Positions 7,942 through 10,959 of a stretch of 10,959 bases of DNA are shown here, piece after piece. Under the pieces are notes generated by a model, which worked only from the letters and a program-made list of their open reading frames with translations, was not told the DNA's origin and searched no databases. A program made the position numbers and the translations under genes. Numbering within the stretch: position 1 is the stretch's first letter; each line of letters starts with the position of its first letter. This DNA is from an uncultured Planctomycetota bacterium (GTDB lineage Bacteria > Planctomycetota > Planctomycetia > Isosphaerales > Isosphaeraceae): the NCBI GenBank assembly GCA_963737655.1, contig CAVTTN010000001.1, positions 1 to 10,959 on the forward strand. The letters are read 5' to 3'.

Positions 7942-8280
7942 TAACGGGTCATTTGCCTCGCTCGAGGCCGTCATCGGCGTCTCCGGCTAGGATCACTGGC
8001 CTTTCGTCACTTGGAGGCCACCGATATCCCGCCGCGAGAAGGATCCGATCCGCCCGCTCACCGACGCCGAGCGCCTGGCACTGACCCAAGTCAGCCGGTC
8101 CCAGGCCGCACCCGCCGCCCAGGTCGCGCGGCGATCATGCTCCTGGCCGTTGCCGCCTGCGACGACTACCAGGCGGCAGCCCGCCTCGCCGGCCGACGCT
8201 CCGGCTAGGCCGTCTCGCATCTGGTCGCCGCTTCAACGCCGAGAGCCTAATCGCCACCTCGCCCCGTCACGGCGGCCACC
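7942..8280 (+). mobile_element. IS630-family remnant (left end plus decayed HTH N-terminus of the transposase)
   Basis: TA at 7942 followed by ACGGGTCATTTG as the probable IR. GGAGG at 8013-8017 precedes ATA (lost ATG) at 8024. Across frames it reads SRREKDPIRPLTDAERLALTQVSRSQAAPAAQVAR.IMLLAVAACDDYQAAARLAGRRSG*AVSHLVARFNAE...PRHGG, with an in-frame TAG at 8206-8208. No DDE domain. Confidence 0.75.
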
Positions 8281-8310
8281 CGATAGTCCATGGTCCGGTG
8301 GCTCAACGGC

Positions 8311-8351
8311 GGATCCTTGCCGAGTCACGGAATCGATTTCGAGTCAACCCC
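8311..8351. repeat. copy 2 of the imperfect direct repeat
   Basis: CACGGAATCGATTTCGAGTCAA at 8326-8347, 466 bp from copy 1. Confidence 0.75.
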
Positions 8352-8476
8352 AATTTCCTCGAAATTGGTCTTGAACGGATGGTCCAGTTGTGTTAGGCAC
8401 TCCGGTCCACCGCAAGTGGGGGTAGGTCGCGGCCCGCCGGTGGGAGTTCCCGGTAACCGGCCCACCCTCCCTCGCA

Positions 8477-9280
8477 TCAGTGGCCTTGCGGGCCATGGCC
8501 GGCCCGCTCTCGCTCGGCGGCCGCTTCCCTGATCGCCTTCTCGACCCACGGCCCGACGTCCCAGAGCGCCCCCCGGGCCGTCAGCGAGCCAAGGTAGCCC
8601 GGTTCCTGTCGCGCGACCTGCACGAGGGTCCGCCCCCGATGCGGCCCGCGCTGGAAGACCAGGCGTTCCCCCTCGTAGCCGAGCCACCCCCCGGCGTCTC
8701 CCCGGTGGTTGCACGGCAGGCCCCAGGCCGTCAGCGGCAGGTCCCGGTGCTGGGTCAACTGCGCCTTGAGGACCTCCGCGACCGCCTCGGCGGCCGAGGG
8801 CAACCCGCGCCCCGGGACACGGTCCGCCCCGAGGTAGTGCCGCGCCGCGGCGGCCAGGTCGCGCGGCTGGTATCGCCGGTAGATCTCGCCGACGTCGACG
8901 AACGAGCGGGGATCCCACTTGAAGTCCACTTCGTGGCGCACAAACTCGTTGTGCAGGAACGGCAGCGTGTAACGCCGGAAGTCGAAGCCGGCGAAGTCGG
9001 AGCGGCCCAGGAACCGGGCCAGGCCGGGGGCGACCTCACCGAAGTATCTGGCCTCGGAAACCTGGTCATAGCCAACGCCATGGGCGGCCGTGGCCGCCGG
9101 CAAGATGGGTACTTCTGGTTGGATGTAGGTCTGGTAACGCCGGGTGACGATCCCGCCCCGGAGCTTGACGACGGCGACCTCGATGATGCGGTCGAGCAGG
9201 GGGTCGAAGCCGGTGGTGGCGATCTCGATGACCGAGAGGTCTCGCCCGGAGGACTCGAGGCTGCGGAATTTCGCGGGCAT
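8477..9280 (-). CDS. DnaQ/Pol III epsilon-like DEDDh 3'-5' exonuclease-fold protein with degenerate active site and a C-terminal FGKHKG-like (DUF3820-type) domain
   Basis: IEIATTGFDPLLDRIIEVAVVKL, YIQPEVPILPAATAAHGV, F.EVAP.L..FLG..DFAGF, LPFLHNEFVR, VFQRGPHRGRTLVQVARQEPGYL. ATG 9280 with AGGA about 10 nt upstream is preferred over GTG 9421. The frame is uninterrupted. Confidence 0.85.
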   Translation of the reverse strand: MPAKFRSLESSGRDLSVIEIATTGFDPLLDRIIEVAVVKLRGGIVTRRYQTYIQPEVPILPAATAAHGVGYDQVSEARYFGEVAPGLARFLGRSDFAGFDFRRYTLPFLHNEFVRHEVDFKWDPRSFVDVGEIYRRYQPRDLAAAARHYLGADRVPGRGLPSAAEAVAEVLKAQLTQHRDLPLTAWGLPCNHRGDAGGWLGYEGERLVFQRGPHRGRTLVQVARQEPGYLGSLTARGALWDVGPWVEKAIREAAAERERAGHGPQGH

Positions 9281-9849
9281 GACGAGCGGGTCCTGAGTGG
9301 CTGCGATGACCTTCCGAAGGCGGAAGTCATCGACGTAGATGGGGACGCCACCCGCCACGCGCGGGTGGCGGAGCGGGAGGCGGATCGGTTGCGCCTTTCC
9401 AGGCGAGAGGCTCCGGGTCACGACCCGCTAAGCTCGCCCGAGGGGAAGAAACGCCGTTCAAGCCATCGACCTGCCTGGGATCGAGGCCGGCGTCGAGGGC
9501 GAACTCGTGATTTCGTAACGAGCTCGCAGATTCACGCTTGCACGCATGCACCGCGTGATTCACTGGACTTCGGCCGAGTCAACCTACCGCGGGCGGCCCG
9601 GGCGGTCGCGCGATGGCACGGGGCTTTCACCTGATGATGACGCATCGCGGCCGGATGTTTAGCGAGCCCGAGCTGAGGCCCGAGGCTCGGTAACGCCGAC
9701 CTGGGCGACATCCGCGAGGGCCTCGTCGAGATCGCTCGGCGACTGGCGGCTCGCCGGTGCCTCGTGGCCCTTCGACGGCCCGAGGCTCGCCGGGCAGCTC
9801 GGAGTCTTCGATCGGCGTTTCGAGAAGGGCTTGTGGGGCGTGACCGGCT

Positions 9850-10307
9850 TCAGGGGCGCCCCGGTGGCACACGCCTGCCGATCAGCCAGTCCACGATCCT
9901 CCGACTCCAGGGGGAGCCACGCCTGGGGCCCCGCGGGGGGCCGGGGGATGGGGCGTTCGACCGACGCCCGAAGGGCCGGACCTCCACCCGGTAGCCCATC
10001 ACCTGGAGGTGCAGGGCCATGATGCAGGCCGCGTTCTCGTTGTGGCTGTGGACGGTGAACCGGGTGCCCAGGAGATGGCCGCGCGGCTCCTGGCAGAGCC
10101 AGCGGACGATCGCCATCCCGCAGTCGTCCCGCTCGTGGTCGACGAAGGACTCGCCGCCGAGGTCGTGATCGAGGTGGACCTCGTCCCAGGGCTCATCCAG
10201 CCGGCCGAGGCATTCCTCGACGGTCCTCACCCAGACCGCCTCCGGACGCGTCTGGCCGCGAAGGCCGCGGCGCGGAGCGGGTCGTCGTCGAGGAAGAGGA
10301 TGCGCAT
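9850..10307 (-). CDS. cyclic-phosphate-processing receiver-like (cREC) domain protein, one frameshift
   Basis: MRILFLDDDPLR...VWVRTVEECL..L...WDEVHLDHDLGG....DCGMAIVRWL...FTVHSHNENAA..M. The LDD, LDHDLG, G..(I/V)..W and VHS.N motifs fit this family. Frame change near 10250. Confidence 0.8.
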
Positions 10308-10384
10308 CAAAGGGAGGGCGTCCGGCGGGGGGCCGGGGGCTCGATCCGATCCCGGGCCCGGGGAGGGGGAGGGGTGTCGCCAAC

Positions 10385-10414
10385 AAAAAAGTCCCGGCGG
10401 TGCTCCGCCGGGAC
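10385..10414 (-). terminator. intrinsic terminator of the PEP-CTERM gene
   Basis: 10-bp stem GTCCCGGCGG/CCGCCGGGAC with a 4-nt loop, followed by U6 on the minus strand. Confidence 0.8.
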
Positions 10415-10464
10415 CGGGTTGAAGATCGCGATCGGGCCGGGGATGGCCCGCCGGGTCGACGGGG

Positions 10465-10959
10465 TCAGGCGATGGCGGGACGACGGGCTTCTTCCGGAGC
10501 AGGGTCGTCAGCGGTCCAGTCCGCCGCCGATGCCCATCAAGAGCAAGGACGAGGGCTCGGGGACGGCACGACGCCGACGAGCACGGTGGCGTCCAGGGTG
10601 GGGTCGTAACCATTCGTCGGCGGCGGCGTGAGCAGCGATGGCGCCGTTAGTATCGGATCCCTGAAGACGTCGGTCTGGGCCCGGCCGGCCGTGGCCAGGA
10701 GGTTGATGTCACCGAGGGCCCCCCCCGCGGGGGCGCTGGCCAGGGCCGTGAGAGTGAAGGTCTCGAGGGGCCCGTCTGGCCGAGGGAGATCGTGATTGCA
10801 CGATGTGTTGGTGACGATGGAGGTTTGAATCAGGCCCTTCGAAATCCCGGGAGGACGTTGTAACCATTGGGGTCGATACGTTGACTGGCGTCGAGCGTGC
10901 CCAGCATGACGTTGGAGACCGAGAACCGGGTCGCGTCAAAGGAGATCTCGATGTCGGCG
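10465..10959 (-). CDS. 3' part of a PEP-CTERM sorting-domain protein (possibly cohesin-like beta domain); runs off the window, several frameshifts
   Basis: AVPEPSSLLLMGIGG (VPEP at 10564-10553), then a hydrophobic stretch and LLRKK in a shifted frame. Upstream fragments read ADIEISFDATRFSVSNVMLG, FTLTALASAPAG, INLLAT and LTPPPTNGYDPTLDATVLV. Not called by the ORF track. The stop position is approximate. Confidence 0.75.

Noticed and set aside
7843..8351. Repeat pair as a CRISPR array
   Set aside because: Only two near-identical copies, 466 bp apart, with no spacer periodicity and no cas genes.
8480..9634. 384-aa plus-strand ORF
   Set aside because: Antisense shadow of the exonuclease-fold gene.
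9677..9789. 13-bp direct repeat GGCCCGAGGCTCG at 9677 and 9777
   Set aside because: Only two short, very GC-rich copies, plausibly chance.
9422..9849. tRNA/ncRNA or att direct repeat at the right island edge
   Set aside because: No cloverleaf or T-loop motif was seen, and no convincing match to the 3240-3260 junction.

Overview
This is a very GC-rich bacterial window. The gene families and the PEP-CTERM protein suggest a planctomycete, which is an inference. Many genes are broken by single-base indels, most likely uncorrected long-read errors, so they were rebuilt by eye across frames. From left to right the window holds: a small DUF5678-like gene paired with a retropepsin-like aspartyl protease (+); a tiny IS5-like remnant; an extracytosolic flavinylation module (ApbE-DUF2271 fusion plus PepSY-TM membrane protein, -); a two-gene cassette of a RelE/ParE-like protein and a sensor-less Shedu/DUF4263 nuclease (-); a truncated IS1595 element; a large serine recombinase with a terminator and small flanking ORFs (-); an IS630 remnant; a DnaQ-like 3'-5' exonuclease with all canonical catalytic positions substituted (-); a cyclic-phosphate-processing receiver-like gene (-); and the 3' part of a PEP-CTERM surface protein (-). 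The segment ~3250-9600 looks like a mobile or defence island. The best candidates for new biology are the RelE-like plus nuclease-only Shedu operon, the apparently dead exonuclease near the recombinase, and a motif repeated three times (TTGACTCG-N11-GTG).
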